A DNA stretch of 64,000 bases, from NCBI GenBank assembly GCA_965603825.1, contig CBFDEM010000060.1:496001-560000 (forward strand), in the 5' to 3' direction. Shown here piece by piece: positions 23,389 to 36,940 of the stretch (the first letter of the stretch is position 1; each line of letters opens with the position of its first letter). The DNA is from Blepharisma stoltei ATCC 30299. Lineage: Eukaryota; Protista; Ciliophora. Both the position numbers and the translations under genes were made by a program. The notes under the pieces are model-generated. The model was given only the letters and a program-made list of their open reading frames with translations, had not been told where the DNA came from and ran no database searches.

Positions 23389-25797
23389 ATGATAAAGCCA
23401 AGCTATCCAAAATTGATTTCCAAAAAATCAACGAATTCTACTCCAGTAAAACCTTCAACAGCTGGGTCAATCAATAGAAGAAAATCCTTATCTCATGACT
23501 ATGATTACAAATCTGAATACAGCTACAATTTAAATGAAGTATTTGAAATCACACAAACTCCTGATGCAAGACCATTTTCTGTGAATGTAATTAAATACAA
23601 AAGAAATTCTAATGCCTTCTGTGATAATGAGCTCGATCACTATGATAAAGATCTAGACGAATTTGAAATAGGGCTTGAAAATACTTATCAGAGCAGCTTT
23701 TTAAAAATTAATGGAGAATGAGAAAAATATCAAAAATATTTAGAAAATATTTCAATATGTGCTATACAAAAGGACAGCAAATTAGGAAATTGTATTATTC
23801 GTGGAATCATAGGATTAACAAAAACATTTAAAAAATTATCAAAAAATATAAATGAGGGTCCACTAGAAGCCAAATCAACAAATTATAAAGAAAAATCTTC
23901 TCAGACAGAAAAAGAAAAAGTGCCTGAGCCTAGATTTTGCTCTTCTCCTGAGTTAGAATCGTTAAAAGAGCTACAATCAAAACTGAAAAATATAAGATTT
24001 TCTAGGATAACAGGCCAACTTTGTGATCTTTATGATTCTCTTTGCCAAATGCATACAGATATTCCTAGTCCTACAGATACTCCAGATCTTATTAAATTCG
24101 ATAGTGAGGAAGCAGCAAAAGAATTGGAAAAAGATGTAGAGGAACTGAGAAATGAGTTGACAATTAAACTAGTTAAAAAGAAAGTTATCAAAAAAACATT
24201 AGATAAAGAATGCCAAGTAGAAAGAATCCAAAAAAATACTCATAGAGAGGAATTGCTGGAAAATATCTTAGGAGAAAAAGAACTTGATCTCTTTAAATTA
24301 AAACATAAGTGTGAAGAGCTTTTAGAAGAGAGAAAGAAATGGCAAGATAAATTAGAAGAGCATAAGAATAAATCAAATGAAGATGAAAACGCAAGCCAAA
24401 ACGAGCAAGAAATAGAAAAATTAAAAGAAAAAATTCATGAGCTCGAGTATGAGCTCAGAGGGCAAAACATTAATGTGGATATTTTGAAAGAAAAATACGA
24501 AAGAGCCAGAAGTAACTTTGAAAGAATTAAGAAAGAAAATGGGAAGTTAAAGGAAAAATTAATAGGAAAAAGAAGGAAATTGCAAGAAATTAGAGAAAAC
24601 TTGTTTCAAACAAACGTGCTGTGGAGAATAGCAGAAGAAAAGACTAAGCAAATAGAATACGCTTGGAAAGTTAAATATGGGAGTGATTTTGTTTATGGAG
24701 AAATAGATACTAATGAAATTATTAAAAGATATAATTTGACAAAAGATCAAGAAAGTGATAGCGAAATAAAAGAAGAAATAGGATTTGAAGGAGCACTGGT
24801 CGGCTATGATGGAAAGGAAATCATAATGAGCTTTAAAGATAAGGATAGTGGAAAAGCAACTATTCAGAATTATTCGAATAATCTTCCTGACAAAGAATAT
24901 TATACAGAAAATGCTGGTATAGTTTTGCAAAATAATAAAGAGAAAATAATTATCCCACCTAATAAAACTGAAAATGAGTATGAATTAAAGGACTCAAAAG
25001 TAGCTAAAGAAGAATTTTCTAACAGTCAAAAGCAAAACATTAACAGAATAAGCCAAGCCAAAAATATATCAGAGATTTATTCAAAAAATAATTGATTCCA
25101 AGCAAGTGGTAACACAAAAGACGAAAAAGCACAATATAATTATGGTGATACAAATAATAGTTTTACAAATAGTCTGCATACAGCTAAAATTGATGAATTA
25201 GCTGAACTAGCCAAAATCGCTGCAAAAAAGCTTATATTGACTCTTAATCAAGATCAAACAAAGCTCTTTGAGGACTATAAACAAATAATGGAAATGCGAT
25301 TATCTGAATACCAAAAAATCTCAAAAGCCAGGCCAAGCCACAATAAATCAGCATCAAGTGGTCCGCCAAAATTAAGCCATCGAAGTTTTCAATACTCACG
25401 CTTACAAAAGAAAAATAAAAAGCCTAGGCCATCTCCTATAGGAGACTCAATGTTTTCTTCTATGGGGACATCTTTAATCCACACCTCAAAAGTTGCAGAA
25501 AATGCAAAGACATTTTTCTACACAGAGAACTTAAAGACAGAAGGAAATGAAGAAATTCCGTCATTATTGATTTCTTTATTTAAAGGAGATGAGGATTATT
25601 GGTCATTGTCCCCAACCACAAGAAGGCTTTTAGGAAGATGCATGGAGGGGCACGATTCTCAATTTTGTGGAGAAGACTGTGAACACTTGAAAAGGGCGAT
25701 GAAAATAAAAACAAAATATCAAGGGGTTCTTTACCCAATAAAGAAAAAAAATGTAGATACTAAGCTCAAAAATATTTTAATTTATAAGAAAAAATAA
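23389..25797 (+). CDS. Large coiled-coil protein (802 aa) with C-terminal C/H motif
   Basis: Three ORFs in one frame joined through TGA 23719-23721 and 25093-25095; tail CMEGHDSQFCGEDCEHLKRA. Confidence 0.8.
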
Positions 25798-25844
25798 TTA
25801 TGAAGGCATTATATAAATAATCTAATTAATAAATTCTAAGTTTC

Positions 25845-27320
25845 CTAAAATAAAAAATAGATTTTGAGAATCAAAATTCCACAGTGGAGAGCTGCAATTA
25901 TTAAGGAAGCAATTCTTGGAGAATATTTACAATCGTAAACAGATTCCTTTTCAATTAGTTCTCTTCCTGCAATATGCATTAGTGGTATCCCAACAGGAAC
26001 CATCAAAATGCTAATAGCTCCAGCAACAGACATAATAGAACCCTAAATATTTTTTACCAAATTATACACAAATGTAGAAAGAGCCAAAGGCACAACTACC
26101 ACTAATAGTTTTACTAAATAATCTTCGCGTTTTGAAATATTCTTATTTCCAATCCCATAGAAATAGGACTCTGTATTATGGGCAAGTGGTATCGCGATCA
26201 ATGCAAAAGCTGATAAAATTCCTATCGCTGGGGAGAGCACAATAAAATACGAAAAAATATAAGTCCACCACGGTCTCTCAGCTTGAGAATAACCTGCAGA
26301 ATAATTTCTAAAGCTAATATTATACTGTCCATATACTTTTGACACAGCCATAGGCACTATAAATCCCATTGGCAAGTAAATAAGCAGAGACGCTATCAGG
26401 GCATTTCTCAATATCGGCTTTACATTAGTTCTTTTATCATCCAAATTTTCTATGATGCTGGGTAACGAAAGCTGGATCATTGATGCAAATAAAATGATAG
26501 GAAGGCTTATCCCGATATTGGAAATATTAGCTATATCATAATCACTTCTGTTTAAAGGCCTGTCGCTATCTATTTCTGTATCTTCTATTATACTGATAAC
26601 TGATAGTGTAATGACAATAATAATATTTAATACTGAGCTACCTGTAATTATATTTTGGATTACTTTTTGTTCATTCATTTCTACCAATGTCAAATAGACT
26701 ACTATTACTGAAAAAATAGCCAAAAAGAACCAATAAGTTTTCCAGCATTCACATGAAAACTCAGAGCATTTATAAATGTCACATGAATCCAAAAATCCTA
26801 TTTCTAAATTTGAAGCTAAAGAGCTTGAAAATATTACAGCATAGCTTGACAATGTTAGGAGGAATGTCAATACAAAAGAATAGAAATAAACTGCTTTCCA
26901 TTTCTTGCCGAGAGTTATTTCGACCATCTCAGAAATGTCGATTCTCTTGGTTATTTCAAACGAGGAAGAATCCTCATTGCTAATTAAATTAGTTTCTAAG
27001 TCAGTTTTGTTCTTATTTTTCCCAAATAAAATCTGCTTCAAAGTCGGTTTTTTAAGGGAAATCCCTTTTTCTTTTAACTGAAGGTAATAGCAGCATCTAC
27101 TTGTCAGCTCTACTAATTGACTGCTTCAGATATAGCCTAGCGAGCAGCAAATAACAGTGTAAAGTCCACAAACCAGCCATCCACCCACTTTAAAAGAATA
27201 AGGCAAACCCAAAATTCCTGCCCCAATTATAAGGTTCATTGTAAAAAATAGCCCTGTTAGTGCTCCAAATTGGCTGGGCTGATGGTGGTCAGAAGCTTTC
27301 AAATCTTTTTCAGGTGGCAT
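25845..27320 (-). CDS. Amino-acid transporter (Aa_trans/AAAP; TMEM104-like), paralog A
   Basis: GLFFTMNLIIGAGILGLPYSF; TGA 27126-27128; 15-nt intron 26043-26057. Confidence 0.9.
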
Positions 27321-27775
27321 TTAGCTTAATATATATTATGGAAAAGTTTTTACTGGATCCTTTTCAAAGAATTAAAATCAATTTAGCACCATGATTTTTA
27401 AACTGAGAAATACGTAAGCAATTTAATTATGAATTTTATTATTATATCTAAAATGAGAAAATCTGAAGTTTTAGGAAGAGTTATTTGCAATTTGCAATCA
27501 TATTTTCTAAAGAATCCGCTTATTATGAATATTACGTAGTAATGAATTTTCTAACCTCAATTTATTAACCGTCGAAAAATCGATATGATTAAAATAAAAA
27601 GGCTCAAAAATAATCACTATAAGTAAAATTCGCTTGAAAATGTTATAAAAATGCATAAAATCTCTCCTTTATATATCTACAATCATTTAAACAATTGCCT
27701 TTCTGCATAGCATCAATTATATCTGAAAAACTATTAGAATTTTATTTTATGAATTAATAAATCTCCAGACATATA

Positions 27776-29254
27776 ATGTCTTCTAAAAAGGTCTCTGACG
27801 AATCTGCCCCAGCCCAAGAACACCAAATAGGAGCAATAACTGGTCTTTTCTTTACCATGAACTTAATCGTAGGCGCAGGTCTACTTGGCCTGCCCTATGC
27901 TTTTCGCATGAGCGGCTGGGCGATTTCAGGCATTTATACAATCTTTTGTTGCGTTTTAGGTTATGTTTGGGCCTGCCAACTAATCGAAGTAATGAGTAGA
28001 TGTGAAGCCCTTCTACAGCTTGAAGAACAAGGTCTCGCAGTCCAAAGACCTTCATTTAAAGAGCTTCTCTTTGGGAGAAATAAAACAAAGCTCCATGATC
28101 CTCTAATAGGAAGAGATTGTCAGCCTGACATAACTCACAGAAGAATCGATATGTGTGAGATGATCAATGTCCTATTTGGCAAAACCTGGAAAAAAATCTA
28201 CTTAAGCGGCATGATCTTAGACACTATTTTAAGCCTCGCCAGCTATTCAATTGTTTTTTCTAGCTCACTTGCCTCAAATTTAGAAATTGGGTTTTTAGAT
28301 ACTTGTGATATCTATCAATCTGAAGGATTTTTTAGTGATTGCCGGAAAACGTATTGGTTTTTCTTGGCAATTTTTACGGGAGTTTCTGTTTATTTGACAT
28401 TGATTGAAATGCATGAGCAAAAAGTGATACAAAATGTGATCACTGGCGCTTCATTATTTAATATTTTAATTGTGCTGACGCTATCAATAGCCAGTTTGGC
28501 TACAAATACAGCTATTGATAGTGATGACTCTATTGATCCAGGCTCTTATAAAGCAGCTGACATTTATAATATTGGGATCAGCTTGCCAATTATTTTATTT
28601 GCATCAATTTATCAGACCTCACTGCCAAGCATTATAGAATTTGTAGGAGAAAAAACGACCAGCATTAAAAAAATTTTGACATATGCACTGTTTGCGTCCT
28701 TATTTATATACTTATCAATGGGACTGATCGTTCCAGCAGCGGTTTCAGGCGTATATGGGCAATATAATATTAGTTTCAGAAATTATTCAGCTGGTTATTC
28801 TCAAGCTGAGAGACCATGGTGGACCTATGTTATTGCTTATATTATTGTGCTATCCCCAGCTGTTGGAATTTTATCCTTATTCCCATTAGTTGCAATCCCT
28901 CTTGCTCATAACCTTATTACTTATATATACGGTTTTGAAAAACCAGCTGGTGTTAGACTAGGCGATTATATTATAAAACTTATTGTGGTTTTGCTGCCAT
29001 TACTATTAGCATTTGTTGAGTATGATTTGGTAAAAAATATTTAGGGAAGCATTCTTTCTATTGCAGGTGCTATCACTATTGTCTTGGTCTCTATTGCCAT
29101 ACCTATCATGTATATTGCTTCAAGAGAAATGATTGATGTGCCTTCGATTTATGATTTTAAGTATTCCCCTAGGCTGGTCTCTATATTTGTTGTGGTAGTG
29201 CATATTGGAGTTTTAATATTCAAAGCTTATTATGCTATTTTCCCTGAAGAGTAA
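27776..29254 (+). CDS. Amino-acid transporter (Aa_trans/AAAP; TMEM104-like), paralog B
   Basis: GLFFTMNLIVGAGLLGLPYAF; 15-nt intron 29030-29044; last exon runs to TAA 29252-29254. Confidence 0.92.
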
Positions 29255-29393
29255 CTAATAATCACTAGCGTTTAGCTTATTTAATAGAGTTAATCGTTTA
29301 TTTCAAAAGACCTCTAATAATTCAGGATTTTTTATATATAAATATAATGCACGATTCAATCACTTTATTCTTTCGTATAAATAAAAGTCATAA

Positions 29394-30347
29394 ATGGAAC
29401 AGTGCCGAGTCTGCTTAGAGCTTCAGCCTTCAGAGTACTTTCTCCAAACTCAATGCGGCTGTCGTGCATGCTTAGAGTGCCAACAAAGCTGAGCTCGATC
29501 TCAACTAGAAGATTCTAAAGTAGTTCTAAAATGTCCGATGCCAGAATGCTCATCTGCCTTATCTGCACAAGAGCTCTTAACAATTCTTACTGAAGATGAC
29601 CAAGAAAATTTATGGAAATCTCAATTTAAGCTATATCTAAAACTCGCACCAGATATAAAATTTTGCCCAAAACAGGACTGCCACTATGCTGGGATTTTTA
29701 ATAAAAATCAAACCCAATTTTATTGTGAAGCTTGCCAACATTGCTGGGAAGAAAAAAAAGAGACTTGAACGGTCTGGCTGAAAAATTTAAAAAGTAATGT
29801 AGATGATTGATTTTCTGGACTTTGAAAAAGTGTATTTTGTAAGTCATGCCCAAGCTGTGGGATTAGTATAGAAAAGAACGAAGGATGCAAACATATGGAG
29901 TGCATTATATGTGGGGACAATTTCTGTTGACTCTGTATGAAACCATATGGAAAGCATCAAGAAGTTGAATGCGCAAACCCAAATTTTGATGGACCATTAA
30001 TTATGGCAGTGGTATTAGGGATTCTGTTTCTTGCCAAAATCTTTACAGAATTTCAAAGTGTATTGAATTTGACGCTAATTTTGGTATCATATCTTTTTTT
30101 CCTACTTGGTACTGCTACACAAACTTGTCTGGATTATGGAATAGCAGAAAATTTATTTGGGAAATTGACGAACACTGAACCTTCTTTTTGCATCACAAAT
30201 CTCCATCTTATGAATTTTATCATAGTCAGAGTTCTTATTATTTTAATTGCAAACATGGTAAAGGCATCAAATAGCCTTTCAATCTATTTTGATGCCGCTT
30301 TATTCATTTTTGTCATAATTTTTAAGCTTACTAAACGATATTTGTAA
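29394..30347 (+). CDS. RBR (RING-IBR-RING) E3 ubiquitin ligase with C-terminal transmembrane helices
   Basis: RING1 CRVC..CGCRACLEC..(W)..CPMPEC; IBR CPKQDC..CEAC; RING2 KSCPSC..IEKNEGCKHMECIIC..FC(TGA)LC; 5 TGA. Confidence 0.9.
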
Positions 30348-30385
30348 TTTTTGCATTAAAATTTTACTTAAAAATGCTTTAATCA

Positions 30386-31201
30386 TTATTTTGGCTTTCC
30401 TATTAAAAAGGTAATTGGGAATTTTACAGTCTTTATTTCATTTCTATTCCAAACTTTTAAAAATTTTTCAAAAAATGGCTGCGAAGGATCTGCATTTAAT
30501 TGTTTAATTGCAGTTTGTAATGCTGACCAAGTATGAAGATAATTCCAATAGTCTTCCAAACTCCACTCTTTTCTAATATCCCTTGTTGGTGGTAGCGGGA
30601 CATCTCTATCAAAAGGAAATTCCAAATTTGCATATCCTTCATCTACATGTCTTCTTTGGGGGTCCCAATATTTTTTACCTAAAACCCCTTCATAGATCTC
30701 CATCATGATTTCATCAACTTGGCTATTTACTGTAGGCAACTGATAAGTCCAAGCTGCAATAACTCCATTTTTCTTTAAAACTTTATTTACTGCATCATAG
30801 AACTGGTCTAAATTGAACCAGTGCAAAGCTTGGGCAATTGTAATTAAATCGACATTATTGTGAGTCAAATACTTGTGAGTGTCTATTGTTTCTGATGATA
30901 ATTCCGCTGGGAGACTTTCGAAAATAGGAGAATTTGATGCTTGGATTTGTTTTGCGCTGTTTATTTGGTTTGAGCTAAGATCAGTGCCAATGACTGTTTT
31001 GTAGTATTTGCAGAGAGGAAATGCGGCTTGGCCTGAACCTGTTGCAACATCTCAGGCGACTTGATGATCTCCGGTAAGGGAAGATAAATGAGAAAATAAA
31101 TCTGCAGGATAGTCAGGTCTATATTTAGCATATGAAGAAGAGAATCCAGAAAATAAGTCTTTAGAGAAAAACCTAGCGCTGATTTTTCTTGTGGAGATCA
31201 T
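30386..31201 (-). CDS. Class I SAM-dependent methyltransferase (Methyltransf_11/Tmt1-like), possible mitochondrial presequence
   Basis: [11 protein letters not shown](TGA=W)[23 protein letters not shown] and YLHTWSA; N-terminus [13 protein letters not shown]. Confidence 0.9.
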
Positions 31202-31248
31202 ATTTATTTTTTATATTTATAAAATCAGTAATGCGTTAATTAATTCAC

Positions 31249-34101
31249 CTAGCCATAGCAATGATCCGTATTTCTTGTTCTCGATATAAAATGTTTTCTT
31301 CGAGCGAGCTTATAAGTTTTAGAATTTAATTGGCCAGCATATTCTAACTTGTTTTGAAAAGTACCAAGATCCAGGTCTCAATTTCGCAAATTATTTAAAA
31401 TCTCGATTTGCTCTTCATTTATTTTTGTGAAGTAAACGCCAAAAATTTCATTTTCGATTCCATTTTTTGGGTCTTTTTTAAGTAACTCATGAGGAATGTC
31501 ATAAAAAAGATCCTTTATCGCTGTTGAAGTTTTATTAAGGGTTATAAGCGCCATGTTTATTTTTTCTCATCGCATGGGCTGCTTCATGAATGAAAGTTAT
31601 TTTTAAAGCAAATGATTGAAATTCATCATACTCTTCTGATAAATCTTGCTGTAGCAATATTGTTCCTCCGAATAGAGTGATTCCAGAAATATTTCGAGGA
31701 AGGATAGTGAAGTATGTTCTATCAAATAAATCTGCATAGTTTTCAGTTCAAATATTTTGATCAACAAATACAGTTTTTACTGGCGGACTACTTAAAATCT
31801 CTTTCAATTCTTTTATTTGGGATTTATTTAATTTTTGTGGTTTTTTCAAGTGCATATCTATAACAGTCTGTATTTCTTCTGTAATAAAGTCTGCTCTTAT
31901 TTCATCTAAAGTTCCATTAAAGAGTTTGGTAAAGTACAAAGCTAAAAATTGACGTAAAATGAAATCTTCTTTGTCGTTGCTGAAAACAATATTATAGAGA
32001 AATGAATTTAAAAATTCTTTTAATTGTTCTGCTTGAATAAGCCTTTTATCTAAAAATTGATTCAAAAGAGAATTCTGAGTAATTTCGCTAATGTAGCTTC
32101 ATATTTTTTGGATATAAGATAAAAATAACTTCAATAGAATCTTTATTATGTGTATGATTCTATTTATTTTTGATATAATTCCCAAAAAAGCGTTCTTTTC
32201 TATCTTGCTCTCACCAAGATGAAATGTTTCATTTTCATCAGATATGCAATTCATATCATTTATATCAAATGCTTTATCACAAGAGCTCTTAAAATCTGCA
32301 AACAATTTTGTTAAAGGCACACTAATAAGACTAAGAAAATATTTAGCAATTGTTTCTGGGCTCTTACTTGATTCATAATCAATTTCATCAAATTTAAAGT
32401 TATCTAATAAATCTTTAACATCTTCATGTATCTCAAATAATCCAAAAACATTTTTACTTTTCACAGTCTCAATAAATTTATTGATGATATTTTCGAAATA
32501 TGGAATTGATTTTACCGAGTTTTTCTCCAGCTTAGATATTGATTTTCATAAAGAAAGGCATGGTTTTAATTTCCAAATCTTTCACTTATTCTCAGACTTC
32601 TTGATCTTTAAAGTATCAGCTTTTTCTTGTCTTTTATTTTTTTAATTTTTTGTTTGAATGCTGGTTTTAAAACATTTTTTAGATGCTCTGCAATTTCTTT
32701 TTGGATTTCTGGGAGATATGAAAATGTAATTTAAAAAAAGACATAAATTCCATTTCGTTTGAATAAATATCATATTTTATCTGATCAATCAAGCTACAAA
32801 AATATTGTGCTATGACTTTATTTTTTGATATATCCTTATTTGAGCCTTTTTTCAAATATAAAACAAACATTGGGAGATATTCTTTTGTTTCACTCAGCGA
32901 TTTTGAATCGACCGATGTAAGGCAATTAAAATAAGCATCAAGAAAATCAGGAGAATAGCAAGCGCATGCTAATTGAGCATCCGCAAGATCTTTGAGGCCA
33001 TCTTTAAAATCATTAAAGTATTCAGATTCTTGCATAAACTCATCAATTGAGGTATTAATGCATATATCCCATGCTGATTTTTTATCAACATTCAATGTAT
33101 AAAATGTAAAAGCTTCTAGAATGATGCTAACCATAACATCACTTCGATTGTCTCCAAATTTTTTAAGTTCATTTTTAAAATAATTAAAAGAATGGGCTAA
33201 AATTTCTTTACTTCCGCAAAAAAAGTTTACCAATATAGTTGTGTCTTCAAACAAAGAAAGATCAATCTCTGATAAAATTATACTTAATGTGCTTTCATTC
33301 AATACTGAATTTTCGGCAAGACTTAAAACATTAGCAAGAGTTTCGCTTGATTTTATATTTTTTAGCAAAGTATCGATTTTAAATGGTGTCGAAAATATAA
33401 AATTGAAGGGTAAGAAGTAATTTGACATTATTATGGTAAATGTAAAAACTTCATCTATGCATTGATTGCAACTTAAAGAAAAATCCAGCATATTCACTAT
33501 TACATTCTCAACATTTTCTCTGGGAAATTCTTTCAAAAACATTAATTTTTGAGGTGAAAATTTCTGAATAAGTATAAGCTAGATACAAAATTAATAATCG
33601 ATTCTGGATTTTTTCAGCCCCCTTCTGCATTTAATTCCCCAGGGTGTCCCATTAAATTTATAATTTCGCTTGATATAATAATTTCAAATGCTGAGTTCAA
33701 AATTGTATCAGAAGGTATTGATGACTGTTTTTCGAGCAAATAAATTAGATATCCTTTGAATTTTGAGTTTAAAAGAGTATCTAAAGAAGGAAAATCGAGC
33801 TCCCCACTACTATATTTATAATAGGCTAAACAATTTATAATCCGAAGAACATCTACAATTTTTTCATCATCTTTTTGAGAAATTAAGGAATTGATGATGC
33901 TTTCGCCTACATCTCAAAGATCTCATGATATTGCCTTCATATATTCAAGAGCTCTTTTACTTCTCTTTGCTCGCCAATCTATGATCTTCTGTAAATTTTT
34001 CAGTAAGAAAGTTTCAACTCATCATAGTGAATATCTAACGCCATAGTAAATAAATTTGTAAAAGCAATGACTCAATAAAACAAATTATTAGGAAGCCCCA
34101 T
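31249..34101 (-). pseudogene. Multiply frameshifted large gene with a C-terminal HEXXH (zincin-like) domain
   Basis: Protein-like segments hop frames about 5 times; TFIHEAAHAMRK near 31570-31600, then GIENEIFG..RN(W)D in another frame; no 15/16-nt intron found at the shifts. Confidence 0.6.
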
Positions 34102-34236
34102 TTATATTATTTGATAAGTTTTTGAACCAAGTAAAACACTTGATTAATAAGGGTTGACTTTATTAATGAATGGATAATTAGATAATGATATAAAAATCAA
34201 TGTCTTGCTATATGTCAGTTATTTATAATAACTAAT

Positions 34237-35706
34237 TTAAATCTTTTCCATAATAAGTGACTGGAACTCCCTCAAATCAATTTCCCCATCTCCATTTTGA
34301 TCGACTTCCTTGATGATATCTCTCCACACTGCATCATCTAGCAGCTCTCCATTTGACAAAATATCTCTCAGCTCTTTTGCAGAAATTGACCCACTCCCAT
34401 CCTTATCAAAAAGTCTAAACGCAGTCTCCAGGTTTTTCTTCGAAAAAAGAATTTCACGTCTCAGTGTCGCTTGGATGAATTCTGTATAATCAATAAACCC
34501 ACTATGATCCGTATCTACATTTTTCATAATCTGGTCTACCTGTTTGCTAGGGTCAATTCCTCCTACACATTCTTTATATTTTTCTAACAATTCTTCTTTG
34601 CTGACTCTTCCATCTCCATTTCTATCAAGCAAGCGGAAAGCGTTTCTCAGCTCTTTTGTATCAGCTTGAGATACAAGCTGGGCAGAAATGAAAGTCGAAA
34701 TAGCGGTTTTCAGCTTACTATTTGAGTTAAAATGAGTAAGCTGCTGCAAAACTCCGGAAAGGGTTTGATTGCTATGGTCTTGGCTGAGATTTTCTAAATC
34801 CTTATACTTTTTGACTCAGCTGTGCTCTAAAGCTTCTTGGGCTGTAATTCTTGATAAGAGGTTTTTGTCTAAGAGCTTTACTATAAGGTCTTTGGCTTCT
34901 TCTGAAACGTATTCGAAGCCACGCCATTCTGAGTTTAAATTCCCAGTCCTTATGTTTCTTAAGATCTCTGAATCAGTTTTTCCATTAAAAGGTGGCCTTC
35001 CAGACAATAATATATACAAAATAACCCCACAGCTTCATTCGTCACACTTTTCATTGTATGAATTTAACAAAACTTCTGGGGCTATATAATATACAGAGCC
35101 ATAGCAGCCTGATATCTTTGTTTTGTTGTCAAAAATAGTTGAGCTTCCAAAATCTGCCACTTTGATAGTGTAGTCTTCATTTCTTTCATCTAAAAGAATA
35201 TTCTCAGGTTTAATGTCTCTGTGGATGATATTTTTTGAGTGGCAGTATGCAACTGCTGAGAATAGCTGGTACATTATTTTGGCTGCTTCTTGCTCTGTGA
35301 AAATCCTCTTTTTAACGATTTTATTAAATAGCTCGCCACCAGAACAAAATTCCATGATGACATAAAAACTTTTTTTATCTTCAAAAATTTGAAAAACTTT
35401 CAAAATATTGGGATGATCAAGCTGTTTTAGAACTTGAATTTCTTTTAATTTAAACGTATGAGTCATATGATCTTTACCTAAGGCCTGCTTCGAAACTACT
35501 TTAACGGCTCGCACTTTTCCAGTTTTTCTTTCAATGCATTGATAAACAGTTGAAAATGCTCCGTGGCCTAGCTGGTGGTCAACTTCATATTCTGCAGTGA
35601 AGACGTCGCTTTTTTCTAATATAAACATCCCAGGATTAATACGGATTTGTGGATAACTTTTATTAACGTGAGAGGATTTCTTGTTTTTACTTGGCACGCA
35701 TCCCAT
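34237..35706 (-). CDS. Calcium-dependent protein kinase (CDPK) with 4 EF-hands and N-terminal MGC acylation motif
   Basis: LGHGAFS, AVK, HRDIKPEN, DFG, APE, CDE(TGA=W)SCG and LEHS(TGA=W); four DxxxxG EF loops. Confidence 0.97.
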
Positions 35707-35985
35707 TTTTGTTTATACTGATCTCAAAGTTAAGGCTTGTTTGAAACTGATTATTAAGTAAATTTTGGGTAAAAGTTTTTGTTTTTTATTCATAAGTACG
35801 GAAAATAATTGACATTTTGAATTAAATTAATTTATCTCTAAAGATTATTCATTTTAGCTCTATAATCTTCCTATAAAAGTCAATCTTTTCTAATACCTGA
35901 TCCAGTATAATTAATAAAATTAATTATTTAAAATGTTTTCGTTTGTTTAATGACAATCATTTATTATGAAATTATATTTATTATA

Positions 35986-36672
35986 TTAAAAACTGTAATC
36001 CTCTGTTTTTTTAGCAAATGAAGTTTGGTTTCTAATGGGTGCAAAAATCCCACTATTGCTTCTGTTAAAAATTCCTGGCAAATCATACGTCCCAGGCCCA
36101 GGGCTCTCATCTAATTGTCTCATATTTTTTCTTTCTCCATGTCCAAACCCGATTTTTGAAAAGTTTGACCTTTCAACAATTTTAAAGCTGGGGTTATATG
36201 TCCCAGGAGCTGGCGTTAAATATTTCTCTTTAAATTGTATTCTTGGCCTTAATGTAAACTTAGGGCTATTTTTTCCAAAAGGTAAATCTACATTATAAGC
36301 TCCAGGCCCTGGGACAATTTTTGTTTTAATTGGTGTTCGCTCAGCTGTTACTCCAGAACTAAAATTAACAGCTCTTGAATGTACAGCAAAATAGCTTGGC
36401 GGACTATAACATGTGGGTGGGGGCGAATCTCTGCCTTTGTCGTTTTTTGGCTCTCATCTTTTGCCGAAGCCAAAAGAAGTTGATCTTTTTGATAAAGAAG
36501 TTGGAGGGATTATGAAGTCTGGGGTTGACGTGATTTGCTTGTGGGTAAATCTGTTTGCTTTGGAGAAGCTTCAGTGATAAGAATCTTTTCCTAGAGTAGT
36601 ATTCAGAGATTCTGTGCTTAAAGATGAACTCCTAAGCGGCGAGTAAAATTTCGGTTTTAAGGTGTCCTTCAT
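35986..36672 (-). CDS. SHIPPO/ODF3-type PGP-repeat ciliary protein (228 aa); missed by the ORF track
   Basis: ATG 36672, 2 TGA; repeats VPGPGAY, TPAPGTY, SPGPGTY with FGFG spacers; TAA 35986-35988. Confidence 0.85.
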
Positions 36673-36940
36673 ATAGCAAGCAGAAAAAAAAATTATTTTG
36701 GCATATTATTTGTTATTAAAACTATATAAAAAGTTATAGAAAATTAGTAAAGATTAAGAAAACAGCATAATATCAATAAGGGTTAATTAACATAATGAAA
36801 GATCGCTTAGGCAATGCAGTATTAATTTTTGACATTTATTTATTATATTCTCTATTTATATTTAATTAAATTAACAACAGAGAACTCAGCACATGTATTT
36901 TAAATGATAAAAGCTTCTAATTACAACTGATTTTGCTAAA

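Noticed and set aside
36035-36298. Plus-strand 87-aa ORF containing VPGPG
   Set aside because: Antisense to the PGP-repeat gene 35986-36672; CCAGGCCCAGGG-type sequence reads Pro/Gly on both strands
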